A DNA stretch of 64,000 nt from Camelus dromedarius (taxonomy: Eukaryota), in contig NC_087436.1 in assembly GCF_036321535.1 (NCBI RefSeq), forward strand, positions 115,880,001 through 115,944,000. The letters run 5' to 3'. The translations under genes and the position numbers were made by a program. The notes under the pieces were generated by a model that worked only from the letters and a program-made list of their open reading frames with translations, ran no database searches and had not been told where the DNA came from. Positions 24,044-37,980 of the stretch are shown here, one piece after another; position 1 is the stretch's first letter, and every line of letters starts with the position of its first letter.

Positions 24044-26719
24044 AAGGTACTCACTGGGAAGTGTGAGGGTTGCAACCAAAACCAGGTGTGGCTTCTATAG
24101 ACTTCAAGTTTATGTGTCAATGTAAGGGAACTGAGTGGTCAGTGATGTATGAATTTTCTAAGCAAACAATCCAAAGCTCTGTTCTAGGACCAAGGCTCAT
24201 ACTGAGAATTAACTGTTGTGGGAAACTACGAACTGAGCAGAACAGGCAAAAATAGGGAAAAGGAAAAGAAAATATCTGGAAATTTTAAGAGTAGTTATCA
24301 GAAAGTTTGAAGCCATAATTTTTTTATCATATCAAAACAAAATCAATAACAACAAAAAAGAAAGTTCTAGATCAGTGAAGATTAAAAACTGTCCTACCTC
24401 ACCACCATCCTCTAAAAGTACAGGAAAAGGCATTTCACGTCAAAACGAGAATAGAAAAAAATATATATGTAGCATTAAAAAACAGTATTATGTTCAGAAT
24501 AAGATCTATAGACAATGAAATCCTGCCAGATTAAAAGTCTATGAAAGAGATTAAAAAAATAAACTATAAATTAATATTTCTGAAAGAAACTTAGACATTG
24601 AGAAAATGATAGGTGCTATGAAAGAACCCATGAGACAAAAGTAGAAAAAATTCACAAATTATATGACTGAAGGAAAGATGTGAAAAAAGAGGTTACAACC
24701 CATAAGATAAACATTTTTTAAAAAGTCATTTCATAAATAAGGACTGAAATAGAAGAAACACAAAACATTAAAAATACAGATTGTATCTTTGAAAATAGAA
24801 GACAGAAATGAGAAGAAATTAAGACCCAAATATAAAACATTAGAGATAAATAAGACTCGAGGAGAACATGATAGCCATGGAAAATAAGCAAAGAAGAGCT
24901 AACAAATACTTAATAGTAGTTTGGCTGAAGAAAAATGAAAGGATAAAACATGATAAATTCTGAAACTATAAGAAAGTTTCTTGAAATAAAATAAAAATTC
25001 AGTTGGAAATATATATTTAATAGGCATACTAAATGTCTGGTAAATTTAACATTTTATAGCAATATTAAGATATCATAACACAAAGACTACAAAAAAAAAA
25101 GTGGGAAAAAAACTTTGGCATCTGAATAAAAAGACCAAGTCACTTATAAAGGGAAGAATGTTAGGTACCCATCAAACTCTTTGACACTAACACTTAGATA
25201 AATATCATTGGAGTGAGATTTAAGATGTTCTGTTCTTTCTTTGTGTGTTCTCCCAAGACCCACCTCCTAAGGTTTTGGAAGGCACTTCTAAAAACCTATA
25301 GTGGTCACACAAAATTCAATGTGTCCAAAGTTAATTGCAATATCTTAACCACAAATCTTTTTAACACTTTATGACTCTATCACAGTAAATACCATGAGAC
25401 GCATTGAGTAAAAAAATAAGTTCTTGATGCTATTTTTTTTAAACCCATCTTCTCATGTTGCAAAAGAGACAACTGAATTGCGCACAGAAATAGAGATTTG
25501 ACCAAAGTCATCCAGCCAGTCCATAGCAAAGTACAAGAACCCAATTTGTCTAACTACCAATCCAATGTTTTCCTATCAAAATATTTTTAATATTCTATTT
25601 TAATTTTGTAGATGTCCTGTTTAAAACTTATTAAAAATTCAGAGATATGTTGAAAAAAAGAAGCTCATAAAATGATATAAGATGAATTTCTTTGTCATAG
25701 AATTTCTATAAAAATGGTATGTATGGGCATCAGTAAGAAAAATAAGAAAAACTTATAACCAAGATAAAAGTTAAACCAAGTTAAAATAAGATAAAACTTA
25801 AAACCAAGATAACTCAATGGATTATTACAGTACATATATTCTAGCCCACAAAGAATAGAGTTTCATATTAACAAGGAAATTTAAAGGAGGAAATTTAGGA
25901 CAAGGAAACTTGGAAGAAAATTGAGTTACTACTAACAAGAAAATTTAGATACTGTGACCACAGGGAATTTTTTTCCATTTTTCTGTCAGAGAAATGGCAA
26001 CAAACAAAATCTCAAAAATAATTCTGAGAATAGACAAGAACTAAAATTCAAAGTAAAAGTGGATTGCCAATATGTTTAGACTTTAAAATTTTAAAAAAAA
26101 GTCATTCAAATGCCTTGGATGCTACTGCAGAGGGGAGAGTGGAGTCAGAAACTTTAATCAATGAACACAAATACTGTATTAAGAAATTTTGGGATACATA
26201 TATGAACATCAAAATATTGCCTTACCAATAAAACTTCCACGCACTTACCTTCCTTTTTCTTGCCCACAGATAACTGAAACATTTAAAGAGATTAATTAGC
26301 ATGCCATTCAAGGACTTCTCCAATTTAGCATTAACATATTTTTCTCCCAATAATTTGCTTCTAATACAAACCTCTGAACCTCAGCCAAATTCATTTATTT
26401 ATGGTCCCCACACACATGTTCATTCAGTCACATCATTATTCTTAATGTTGTTGATGCTCATTTTTTGGTATCTACAAATTGTCAGGCATTGTGCTAAGTA
26501 CCAAGCAATTTTGGTCAACTTTTCATTATACGTTTAGTGTTCCCTCCCTCTGCTACTGTTTGCTCCTACTTCCAGAGTCTACACCTACTGCCAGACCCAG
26601 AATGAGTCTCATTTCCAATGTCATTCTCTGCCTACCTTACTCTAAAATGGCCTAATTTCTGAATATTCACAACAGTTCTTGACCAGACAGTTCCTTTACT
26701 GAGTAATCTTATATTGACC

Positions 26720-27010
26720 TGGGATATCTCTGAATGACAGAATCTAGAAATTATGGTTTGTGATGGAATCTGGTTGAAATGAAAATATGCTTTTTCTATG
26801 ATTTAATCCATTGTACCTCTGAAGGTAACCATCAATCTGTTATATCAGTGCCATTAGAGGTAAAGAGCTCTCCACTTTTTAAAAATACCTAGTCTTTCCT
26901 TGAATCATTCTCGTTGCTATCAAGTTTTTCTTCTACTTAAAAGAATAAGCTTATCTCTGTGACTTCCACACATTGGCCACCAGTTCTGCAGCTCTGGCAG
27001 AAAAGTAGTT
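26720..27010 (-). mobile_element. CR1/L3 3' fragment
   Basis: ctctgtgacttccacacattggccaccagttctgcagctctgg matches the antisense L3 3' pattern. Confidence 0.55.
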
Positions 27011-27322
27011 GGTAATTTATGGAAACTTTGTACCATTCAGCATCCACTCACCCATCCTCAAGGAAGTATGCCCTATTTTCCATCAAAGGAAATTTCTTTT
27101 CCCAGTCTCAGTCTTTTAAGTGAGACTGGCTCAGTTACTGGGAGAAAGATGTTTCCTGCACCTAAGCCAGTGAGTGTATCCACAAGCTCACAGCACTGAT
27201 TTCAGGATTGGCCAAAAAACCTAGATCAAGACAGTCATGATGAGAATTTTCAATTCTGAAGTTATGTTTATTTGAGCTATATAGCAAGTAAGATTTGCTT
27301 TTTTTTTTTTAATTCCCATTTT

Positions 27323-28725
27323 TCAGATGACTTAACTGGCAAATCTACCAAACATTTAAGGAATTAATGTTACCAACTATATACTGAGTATTCCAGAAAA
27401 TAAAATAATAAACAATGCCCAACTTGATCAATGAGTTCAGTGTTACCCTATAACCCAAACCAGACAAAGACATCAAAAAAAAAAAAAAATCACAGACCTT
27501 TATCCCTAATACTTATATGGAAAAATTCTCAATCAAATGCTATGAAATCAAATCCAGCAATATATAAAAAGGATAATGTATGATGACCTGGATGGTTATA
27601 CCTCAGAAATCTAAGTTTAGTTCAATAATTAACAATCAATCAATGTGATTCACTGTATCAATAGACTAAATAAGAAAATAAGAAAAACAATGTGATTGTC
27701 TCAAAAGATGCAGACAAAACATTTCATCAAAGTCAACATTTATGTTGAATACTTCAAACTCCATTTATGTTGAAACCTTCAAACAAACTAGAAATTAAAG
27801 TCCACTTTATCAATCTGATAAAGTTCACCTATAAGCAACCTACAGCTAACATTATTCTTCATGGTGTAAGATTGAATGCTCTACTACTAAAATTGAAACT
27901 AATAGGAGAAAAAAAATCCTCTTCCCATAACTCACACTATATAGAAAAAAAAAGCTCAATTAATTAAACATAAATATAAAACTTAAAGCTATGAAACTTT
28001 TCAAAGAAACATCAGAGAAAATCTTTGCAACCTTAAGTCACCACCACACCTCAATTAGAGTAAGAAATAAATTGGCAATACCCAGTGCAGGCAAAAATAT
28101 AGAACAAGCTGAACTGTCATTTGTGGCTGATAGTAATGAAAAATTTCACAGTGACTTTGGAAATCCGTTTGGCAGTGTCTTATAATGTTAAACGTGCACT
28201 TACAATATGACGCAGTAATCCTACTTACAGGCATTTACGCAGGACAAATGAAAATATATGTCAAACAAAGATCTGTATGTGGATGTTTATTCATAATTAC
28301 CAAAAGCAGGAAATAATCTGAATGACTTTCAAATGGTGAATAGATAAACTATGGTAAAGCTACACAATCTAATAGGACTTAGCAATAAAATACATACGTG
28401 CAACAACGTGGCTGCATCTCAGATTCATCATACTAATAGGAGAAGCCAGACTCAGAAAACTACATATTGTGTGATTCTGTTTATATGACATCCTGGAGAA
28501 GGGAAAGCCATTGACACAAAAGATGAATCTGTTCCTCCTGTGGGCTTGGAGAGATGAAGAAGATGAAGACTGCAAAGGGATTAGGGAAACTTCCAGGTGA
28601 GAGGAACTTTCTAATCTCAACTGTGGTGGCGATCACATGCACATCTGTGTTTGTCAAATTTCACAGAACCAAACACCAGAAAAGGAAGAGGCTGACTTCT
28701 TCCAAATTACAGCACAATAAATCTG
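27323..28725 (+). mobile_element. Old L1M (MC/MD-like): ORF2 pieces and 3' UTR, with internal deletions
   Basis: cccaaaccagacaaagacat; ORF 27767 NLIKFTYKQPTANIILHG; L1M 3' UTR at about 28300-28725. Confidence 0.88.
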
Positions 28726-28729
28726 ACTT

Positions 28730-29300
28730 GGAGGCAGAGAGACAAGGGAGAGAAGCAGAGAGATAGAGGTACCAGGTCTAACCCTCCAAGTGTTTAGAGA
28801 TGGGAAGGGTGCAAAAGAACTAGCAGGGAAGAGTGAGGAGGAGAAGTAACAGAGTGGACTCCAGAAAGCCAAATGAGGAAGAAAACAGTCCAAGGTGAGG
28901 TAGACCCTTGTATCGTGCCACTGATAGGGCATGTGAGGAGAGACCTGAGTATTCACGGATGGACTTAGCAGTAGGGAGGTCATTGGGTAGAGATTGACAA
29001 GAATAGTTTCATGACATGATAGGTCAAGAGTGGGTTCAAGAAAAGAAAAAAAGGAGAAGTAAAAATGGGGAGTGGGTAAAGACAACATTTTTCAAGAGTT
29101 TTACTGTAAACAATCACAGTGAAATGAGATGGTGGCCAGAAGTCCTATCAAAGATTTTGTCTTGTTTTCTGATAGTTACCGCATGCACCTGTGTTGATAT
29201 GGATGGTCCAGGGGAGAGGAAAAATAGTGATGACACAGAAAACAGAAGCATTTCTGAACGTAGATCCACGAATCAAAGGGAGGAGGCGGGATCCAACGAA
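28730..29300 (-). mobile_element. L2
   Basis: ccagaaagccaaatgaggaag...ggacttagcagtagggaggtcattgg...ttttcaagagttttactgtaaa. Confidence 0.85.
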
Positions 29301-29559
29301 GAGTAACAGTCAAGAATCTTAAAAAGGTTCAAATCAGGGAAAGTGCCGGAAAGTGGTTTTCAAGATAAGACTGGTTCCTGCTCAAAGTAGCATATTCCAT
29401 TTGGATAATGGTTCCTTATCTAAGGGTATGCCAAGGGTTACAGGAAGGGATATGGAGCCCCGGATAAGGGGGGATATGAGACATAGATCAGAGGTCCGAG
29501 TCACAGCCAAGATTATACTCGGGCGAAACTTGAAAGGTAAATTCTAACCACCATGAACG

Positions 29560-30272
29560 ACTGAAAATAGAACCAGCATACGATCCAGCAAATCCACTTC
29601 TGGGTATTTGTCTGAAGGAAACAAAATCCCTATCTTGAAGAGGTAGTGGCCCCCCATGTTCATAGCAACATTATTTACAGTAGCCAGGACGTGGAAACAA
29701 CCTAGTTGTTCATCAGTGAATGAATGGATAAAGTACATGTGGCATATAGAGATAATGGAATATTATTTAGCCAAAAAAGAAGGAAATACTGCCATTTTCA
29801 ACACTATGGATGGACTGTGAGGTCATGACACTAAGTGAAAGAAATAGAGAAAGACAAGTGCGATATGATGTCATTTATATGTGGAATCTAGGAAGAAACA
29901 AACTCACCTAGAAATACAGAAAAGGCTGGTGGTTGCCAGAGGTAGGGGGATGGAGAAATGAGCAAAGGTGGTCAAAAGTTACAAATTTCCAGTTATAAGA
30001 TAAGTAAGTTCTGGAGATGTTGGGTATAGCATGGTGACTGTAGTTAACAATACTGTATTGTGCATTTGAAAGTTGCTAAGAGAGTCGGCCTTAAAACTTC
30101 TCAATACAAAAGAAAATAAATTGTAAATATTGAGGTGATGGATGTTAACTGAACTTGCTGTAGTAACCGTTTCATTACAGAGATAGATAGACAGGCCAAT
30201 CATTAGGTTGTACATCTTAAACTAATATAATGTTGTATGTAAATTGTATCTCAATAAATAGGGGGGAAAAGA
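29560..30272 (+). mobile_element. L1MA9-like 3' end with a probable TSD
   Basis: ORF2 end plus 3' UTR to tcaataaa; TSD gaaaggtaaat (29532-29542) / gaaaggcaaat (30273-30283). Confidence 0.9.
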
Positions 30273-30899
30273 GAAAGGCAAATCAAGAAACCCAAAGGAG
30301 AGGTCAAGTTCATTTGGAGGGGTGCGAGGAGATGGACTCAGGGAGGTAGGACTCATTCTGGGTATTTGAAGCCATACTCGTGAAAATTAGCACCACATCT
30401 CTTGATTTAGGACAGATAATTTGAAACAGCCTAGCCAGGATCCTGCTGTAACTCCAGGCTTTGCGAAGATTGACTCAGGAATCACGAGCCCCTGGGCCTG
30501 AAGTTTGAAGGTTAAATGTGACTACAGTTAATGATGCTACGGTAGGCAGCAGCATTAGGAAAAAAAAAAATTGTTGACTTGGTACTATTTGTTTTGATGG
30601 ATATTTGAAATCTACTCAAAGTGCATGTGGATTGATTCTGAGTGTGATAAACTCGTTGCTAAAGCACTGAGGGAAATAGTAAGGATATAAATTACAGAAC
30701 CAAAACAAATAAATTACTTTTGAATCCAGAATCAAGCCATCCATAGCTGTTATTCTTAATCCACTTTTAAGCCAAGATTTTTCCTCTTTTTGAACGCTTC
30801 CTGGAAATGGCAGAACTTATGGCGGAGGTGGGGGGGCGGTGAGGAATACGTGATCCAAAAAGCAAGAGTTCACTCCAGGTCTGACTTCTCAGAAATACG

Positions 30900-31112
30900 A
30901 ATAACTGTCATGTGTATTTGATCATAGGTTGTAAAATGCTTTCAGAAATTTGATCTCATGTTATCCTCACAACGAAAACAGTTTTTGTTCTCATTTTACA
31001 ACAGCAGACGTGAGACCCAGAGATTAACACTCATGCTTAAAAACACGCAACCAATGACACAGCCACAGCTAACATCCGGGCTTTCCAACTTCAAGTCTAC
31101 CGATCATTCCGC
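30900..31112 (-). mobile_element. MIR
   Basis: atcctcacaac...ctcattttaca...gagacccagagattaa. Confidence 0.7.
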
Positions 31113-32592
31113 TATGTCAGTATTTCACAGCCTTACAGCCACCACCATCTTAGGGAGTGTGTGCAGAAAACTCCCCTTTCCAGGGTGCTCCCTGACAAAT
31201 TTTGGTCCATGGGGGCTGAGGAGTCTATTTGAACCTCGCTGGTTGTCCTGAAGATTCCATATGTTTACTCAACTCTGCACAACAGGGTCATTCACGAGCC
31301 TCCGTCAGGGAGGACCTTAAAACAGACTGTGTATGACCATGGAGCCCCCCAAGGATACAGCACTGATATCTGCCCTGCCACCCCCCTGTGAAGTGGGCAA
31401 AATAAGTCACTTCTATGAGCCAGTTTACTAATTTCTCTGAAATTGAGCTAACCTGCAGAATTGCTACCCAGATTAGAACATAGCATGCTCAATCAATGCT
31501 GTCCCTTATGATGACTAAAAATAAAGCTTCAGAAGTTGAAGTCTGGCCAAAAAAAAAAAAAAAAAAAGAAAAGAAAATGAAAAGAAAAAAAGGTAGTATT
31601 AAAAAAAATCACAATTGAACAGTCACCAGCAGAAGAAACGGGGTGAAAAGGAGGCAAGTTCGGCTGTTTATCTGTACATTCTTTTGGTTTAAATTTCCAT
31701 TTGATTTCTGGTACAAAATTAGGAATCCATTGAAAACATTCTGGAAAAAACCTCATATTCAGAGTTATTAAAGAGGGCTGATGAGTTTCACACACACATA
31801 CACAGACACAGCCCTGCAGGTTGAGCTTTTCTGCAGACCTAAATGTACACGTCTGAGACTCAAAATAAACGCCAGGTTGGTAATACCTAAAATTAGCCCC
31901 AGTATGTAACCATCTGCAAAAGAGAGCTGTGAGGCTGCTGGGAAGATGATGGTAGGGACCACAGTCCAGCTTGGAAGCGAGACCTTCTGCGGGAGGCAGA
32001 CGCTGATGGGTAATGCGGGGTGCTGTCCTGACAAGGGAAACCCGCGGTGTCATTCCAACTGAAGCTCATGAATTCTGTTTGCCCCCAAGCCTGAACCTGA
32101 TCCATGCCTGTGTCACAGGCGCTTTCCTGGAGCCTCCACACCACTTCTTGGCAGGGAGTTCTCGCTCACTCAAGACACTTGTGTTTTGCAAGCTGGGGCG
32201 GAGACACCTGCTAATGAATGATTCAGGGCTGGGCCTGGTGAGCAGGTTCCTGGAGCAGTGCCCCCCTGAGCATCCTCGATGCGGAGGGAGAGGATGCTGC
32301 AGCCAGATCCTTGCTTAGTCAATTCCTCATAATCGCTGTCAGTCAAGTTCTCCTGCTTGTGTCCTCATGGAGGCACAAACAAGGCTGTTCTTCGGCTTAA
32401 AGGCAGCACCCTTACTACAGCAGAAGCAGCAGCAACAGAGCTGTCTGTGGCTGGCAGCTTCTCTCTTCAAAGGGAACAGACTCCTTAGCAAGTTGAGAAT
32501 AAGCTCTCCATCATTCTCCCTTGTCTGTCTCTCTAAACACATTTCCTGCAACTTCTCCGCTAGTATCGGGAGCCTCAGCAGTGCTGGAAGAC

Positions 32593-33062
32593 TATTGTGG
32601 GTTGAATCGTGTCCCTACAAAATTCATATGTTGAGGGGCTACCTGCTAGTATCTCAGAATATGACTGTATTTGGAAATAGGGTCATTATAGATGCTATTA
32701 GCCAAAATGAGCTGATACTGGAGTAAGGTGGGCTCCACATCCAACATGATCGGTGTCCTTCAAAGTATTAAAAAGGAGAGATTTGGACACACAGACACAC
32801 ACACTGGGAGGACGCCTTGTGAAGATGAAGGCAGAGATCAGGTGGTGCCCTGCAGCCTAGGAATGCCAAAGATGGCCAGCAAAGCACCGGGAGCTAGGAG
32901 AGATGCCCAGAAAGCTCCTTTCTCCTAGCTCTCCAAAGGAACCAACCCTGCTGCCACCTTGATGCCAGACTTCTGACCTCAAGAACTGTGAGATGGTGCA
33001 TTTCTGTTGTTGAAGCCACCAGGTTGGTGGTACTTAGTTATGACAACCCTAACAAACTAACA
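32593..33062 (+). mobile_element. MaLR solo LTR, MLT1C-like
   Basis: ttgtgggttgaatcgtgtccc...atttggaaatagggtc...aaggaaccaaccctgctgccaccttga...aaactaaca. Confidence 0.92.
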
Positions 33063-33119
33063 GAATGATCTCCAAAGGGATCACTCTTCAGCTTTGGCAT
33101 TCACACATCTATTTCCAGA

Positions 33120-33425
33120 ACAGTGGAGGGTTAAGGGCACAAGGTCTGGGACCAGATAGAACTCAGTATGATTTGCAGCTTACCCACTTTTTAACTGTGG
33201 GATTCTAAACAGGACACTGTCGGAGGCCCCCTTCACGTGGAGGCTTTGAATTGTAGTGGTTAATGACATGGCCTTCAACTTCAGAAAAACCTGGCGATAA
33301 ATCCTGGCCGTTCACCAGCTGAGTGATCCAGTAAAGCCACTTTGCCAGAATGCACGTCTGGCTCAGTCTCCTGTGAACAGTGGATACAATGCTACATCCT
33401 GGAGCGCCTGTGAGAATGCAAGGTC
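33120..33425 (+). mobile_element. Two tandem MIR fragments
   Basis: gtggagggttaagggcac... and gtagtggttaatgacatggc... heads. Confidence 0.6.
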
Positions 33426-33699
33426 ACAGTGCGCGGAAAACTCCTACCTGCTGCCGAGGCACGGCCACTGCTCCTCCAGAGGCAGGAGGGGTGTGTTCTC
33501 CTGGGAGTAATTTCCCTCTGCTGTCTGGACTAATCCATTTCTCCAGCAGATTCTGTAGAAGGGTGGCCTTCTCAGGAAACTCCTGCCATTTTGGTTGGCT
33601 CTGTCCCATCATCTCATGAAAGTCTGTACTGCAGTGTCTGCACCCACCCACAGACACACATATTAAACTCTTCTGAAGTAGCTTATTTACAGGCAGACT

Positions 33700-33828
33700 T
33701 TTCCTACTGGACCACATCCTGTGAGGGAGAGCCCTTGTTTTCCAATTGCATATCCCCAGTTCTTTATAGACTAAGTTTTCTCTAAATATATGATGGATGG
33801 AGGAATGAACGAATGAGTGAATGAATGA
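33700..33828 (+). mobile_element. L2 3' terminus with (GAAT)n tail
   Basis: cctgtgagggagag...gaatgaacgaatgagtgaatgaatga. Confidence 0.7.
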
Positions 33829-34039
33829 CAGGGTTCTAAGTTGGGGTAAGTAATTTCCGTAAGTGAGTTCTGAGGGTCAATAGGGGCCCACCTGTGGCTT
33901 CTTTCTGATGCTGGGGCATGGAACTCTGAGGAAAGAAGTGGAGAAGTGAGAGTCACCCTCCATGGGTGGAAAAACTCTGCCCGGATGGGAAAGAGGAGAC
34001 CCTGTGTGGCTTGCCCCTTACTCATGTCTAGATCTTACC

Positions 34040-34255
34040 CTTTACAACACCTCACACTTAAGAAACATGCTCAGGTGTGCTTTCTCATTCAGGTTTCACA
34101 CCCATTTGTCTTCTAGGCCATGGAGATTTCATTTCCCCATATAGCAAGGAGAACACTGAAGCAGAGGAATTCCTTAGGATCACATAAGCTAACCAGAGAC
34201 AGAACTGGGACCAGACTACCATCCTGGCTGCTTAGCTCTTCCTTTTTATAAGCCT
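34040..34255 (-). mobile_element. MIR
   Basis: ccccatatagcaaggagaacactgaagcagagg...ggatcacataagcta...gaactgggacca. Confidence 0.65.
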
Positions 34256-37200
34256 TGCTGCTCTGACTTCATGGAACTGTTTTCTGAAGCGGGGCTTTAG
34301 CTTTCTGTGGGAGAACTATTCAATAGACATTTATGTAAGAGTCAGCATGCAGGGGCTTTGTAGGCTGGTTTTCCTGGGAATAATGTGCCCCTGGAAGACA
34401 GGAACCCAAGCAGAACCCATTCAAGTGGAGGATAAAACCTCCAGGACCAGAGCACAATCCTAGAGCAGACCACCAAACGGGGAGTGCAAAATACTTCCGT
34501 GAGATCTTAGTCATGATCCTAGTTTTGACAATGATTAATCGGTTGATAATTCCCTACTTCCCTGAATCTTGCTATTCTCATCTGCAAACTGGAAATAATA
34601 TTGTCTGCTTTAATTAGAGTTCATGACCACCCATTGTAGTACTGGACTGGAAGGGCATCCCAAAAGTCTGAAGCAGGCTGTTAATCTGGTCTTAATAAAA
34701 GTCAGGTCTGAACTCAATGCTTAAATTTAAATTAAGTCCAAATCATCCTCCAAAAATTCTTTGGGAAAGTCCAAAGTTAAAGACTAGCACTATTATTTCT
34801 CATTCATCTAACACATCCCAGATTTCCCTCCAGTGAACAGATTGCTTCTTCTTCTCTTGAGCACAGAAGACATTGTTGACTTGCTTCTATGGAACATGAG
34901 GTAGGAAAAATATGAATATTTAATGTAAGAATCAGACTCAGTCTCAGTTGAGGCAACGGCACATTCCTGTCTCCCATGTTCTGTGAATTCAAGGAAGTAT
35001 TCAGTGGAGCAGAGCAATGGGGGGAGAGATTACCTGCACTCTTCTCAAATACCACCTCCCTCCCCCTTTCATTACCATTATTACCAGCATCATCCATATT
35101 ATAGTGTCATTATGTGGCAGCATGCACAGTTGAAACACGTGAAGCAAATATGTGCATTATGCAAGACCGTGGGGTTTAGAAACCAGAAGCTCTTGGCTGT
35201 CTTTGAAGTAGCATTCTGTGAGGTGAGCCTCCCAGTCATTATTCAGAATCAACAGGCACTTGCCACCCTTGATTCCACAGCTCACCCCTACCTCTAACAA
35301 CTACGCAGGTCTATAAATTCCAACAGATGCTTTAGCCTTTATCAGAAAAGTGACTCAGTTCCTGCCCTGCCCTCATCCTATTCTGTCACAGACTTCCAAT
35401 GACCGTTAGGGAAAAGGAGGTGCAGCATCCTAGAAGAACAGTCAAACCTAGGAATTGGCAGGAGAAGCCAGTGCCCCCAGCCTTGGCTCCAACCATCCTG
35501 CCGGCAGGTTCCATAATTAACTCACAATGAAAGTGGACTTGAGTGCTGAGAGGGCGTGTGCTTGCGTGTTTCCCTTACATGTTCTGAGTCTTATTAGTAA
35601 TCTGAAGGTGAGAGGCAGCAAATATATGAACTGAGTTCCCCTGGCCAAGCAAAGACTCAACATGATTTTGGTTTTTTCTATACCCCTCCCTACCTTGGGC
35701 TGTTAGGGCTTCAGAGGGTAAGGGGTTGGACGGAGGCACACATACTAATCAGAGGCCAGACCAAGAGAGGTACTCAAAAGCTACAGTGAAGAAGGTTTTC
35801 CTAGAACCCGATCTCCCTCTCCACACTCTTCACAGGGTCCACGTGTCCCAGTTCAGTTATTATGGTTCTTAGAGACAGTGGCAGCAGGTTCCAGAATCTT
35901 CTTGCTTTTTGTTTCAGCAAACTCCAACCCATCCACTGCACTGTAGCCAGAGGTAGCTTTTAAATTGTAAATTTGACAAAGCAATTTACTGCCTAAAAAC
36001 CTGTCAGTGTCTACCAGTTACCCTTCAAGTGGTATTCAAAATCCTTAAGAAGGCTTTCAAATCACTTGGCAAGCCAGCCGAAACAGACTCTCACGCTTTA
36101 TCACCTACCACACCTTCACGGAGTGCTGCCAGGTTAAATTAAGGACAGAAAGCAGGAGAAAAAACGGCCCAGAGAAAACATACAAAACAGCTTTCTTTCC
36201 ATTATCTAAGTCTACGGAGCTCAGGTATAATCTGTGTTAAAATCATTGCCTCTCCACCACCATCCTATTCATAAGAAAACCCTAAATATTTGACTTTGCA
36301 GAGAATCATCAACTTTTGGGGACGGAAAAAACACTGTGGGGATTTTCCCCATGTTTTCTGAAGCTCTGCACCTTTGCAGTCTTTGGAAAATCAGCTTTTT
36401 AAAAACATCTTACTTAAAGACGACCTGCAGCTCCCCCTTGCCGCTCACTGGTCTTCTGCGTCCTTCAGAAGTCTGTGATTGGTTCAGTTAGCATGTAATG
36501 AATGTTGGGGCTTTTGTGCCCACATCTCGCCGGATTCTGAGTAAAACCCTGGTCTGCGTTAGCCAGAATGAGTGTTGGAGAGTGTTACATCGTGCTACGG
36601 TGCCTGTGTCTCTAAGCAAAAGGCAATCTGCTTTCAACTTAAACTCAATTTGGCAAGTAGATGTCCAATCAAAAAGAGCAGCCCTTGCTCCTCACTCTCA
36701 TCCCCGAAGAGGATCGAAGCCCAGGGAGTGAGCAAGGGACACACAGGGAGGGCTGACAACTTCACTGTTATCGAGCAATCAGCAAAGAGCGTATTGGTGG
36801 ACTAACGCTGCAGACGAGCAGCTGACAAAGCATGCTTTTGTAAAATGAACTGTAATAACCAAATAAGCAGAAATGGGCTGCTTCCTGTAACCAGTATGAT
36901 GAAGAGCCCTGCAATAAACGGGGGACCGTCTCAAGCCCAGAGAAGCCCAGAGCACATGGAAATAAATAAACAGATCTGGAATGATGAAAGGAGAAATGTT
37001 TTGTCAGTGCAGAGAAAATGCAACTCTCAAAGCCACACTGAGCTAAGGAAGAAAAAAAATACAAGTTAATGTCAGAATTCCACAATTATACTGCATAAAA
37101 TGTGGTGCCTGTGATGATGCTCAGGTTAAATGCACAGGATAAAATTCTCAGTCTGTAGTTACGGCTTTCTCAATTGATCTCTGTCATTGTGTTCACAAAA

Positions 37201-37345
37201 CCCTAGATATGTCATAGACATCTGCACTGGGCTGAATGATAACGAAAGTAAAATTTCAGGTCCAGATTCTGTAAACTATAGCGGTCAGACCAGGTAAAGG
37301 ACAGCAAATCTACTTTTGCACATAAGGTAAGATAATGTTGCCCAT

Positions 37346-37735
37346 TTCATTCATTCAATTCATCCAACAAATGTGTGTTGAATCCATGATACATGGCAAG
37401 TGTGTCCCTAAGTGCTGAAGAGATACCATTAAACAAATCAGAAAATGAATTGTCATCCTATTGGGGCTGACAGATAATTAGGAGGCAAAGATATAAAAGA
37501 ACGAGATGATTTCAGATTGTGATAAGTATCATGAAGAAAATGAAGCAGTGTCTATCGGAGAGAGCAGTGACAGCTAATTTAGATAGCAGTTTCAGGGAAG
37601 GACCATTTACGAAACATCGTATTATGAGCCACGGAGTGAAGATGACTTCTTGGATATCAAGGCCACAAGGGCCTGAGATGGACGCAACAAACTTCTCTCC
37701 AGCCCAATGTGAAAAGGAACGACCGCAATTTCCCA
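37346..37735 (-). mobile_element. L2 3' end
   Basis: ttcattcattcaattcatccaacaaatg...gtccctaagtgctg...tttcagattgtgataagt. Confidence 0.85.
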
Positions 37736-37980
37736 AGAAAGGTCCACAAGATGGCTAAGAGAACAGAGCCAGGAGACTTGGGGGAAAAACATAATAATGA
37801 CAGCTAACTAAACATCCCTGTAGCACAACAGAGATTTCAGAGAAAGTCCACAGGCGTTCCTTTAGCATCTTCTCTTTCTGGTAATGTCAGGGGTCTGCTA
37901 CTCTCATCTGCATTTTATAGATAAGGGAAATGACTTATCCTTGGCCCCTGAACTAACCAATGGCAAGGCAAGGTCTAGAA

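Larger units (their letters stand above)
22830..25225 (+). mobile_element. HAL1 or old L1 5' UTR with a degenerate ORF1, interrupted by a younger L1 and an LTR16
   Basis: A-rich strand encodes MENKQRRANKYLIVV (cf. EDRxRRSNIRIIGV) and KDQVTYKGKNVR (cf. KQVTYKGKxIR); HAL1-like 5' end at about 22830-23015. Confidence 0.7.

Noticed and set aside
31529..32726. Cluster of 100-174-aa ORFs, including a short Q-run
   Set aside because: They extend into poly(A), CA repeats and MLT1C; no recognisable protein or convincing exon boundaries.
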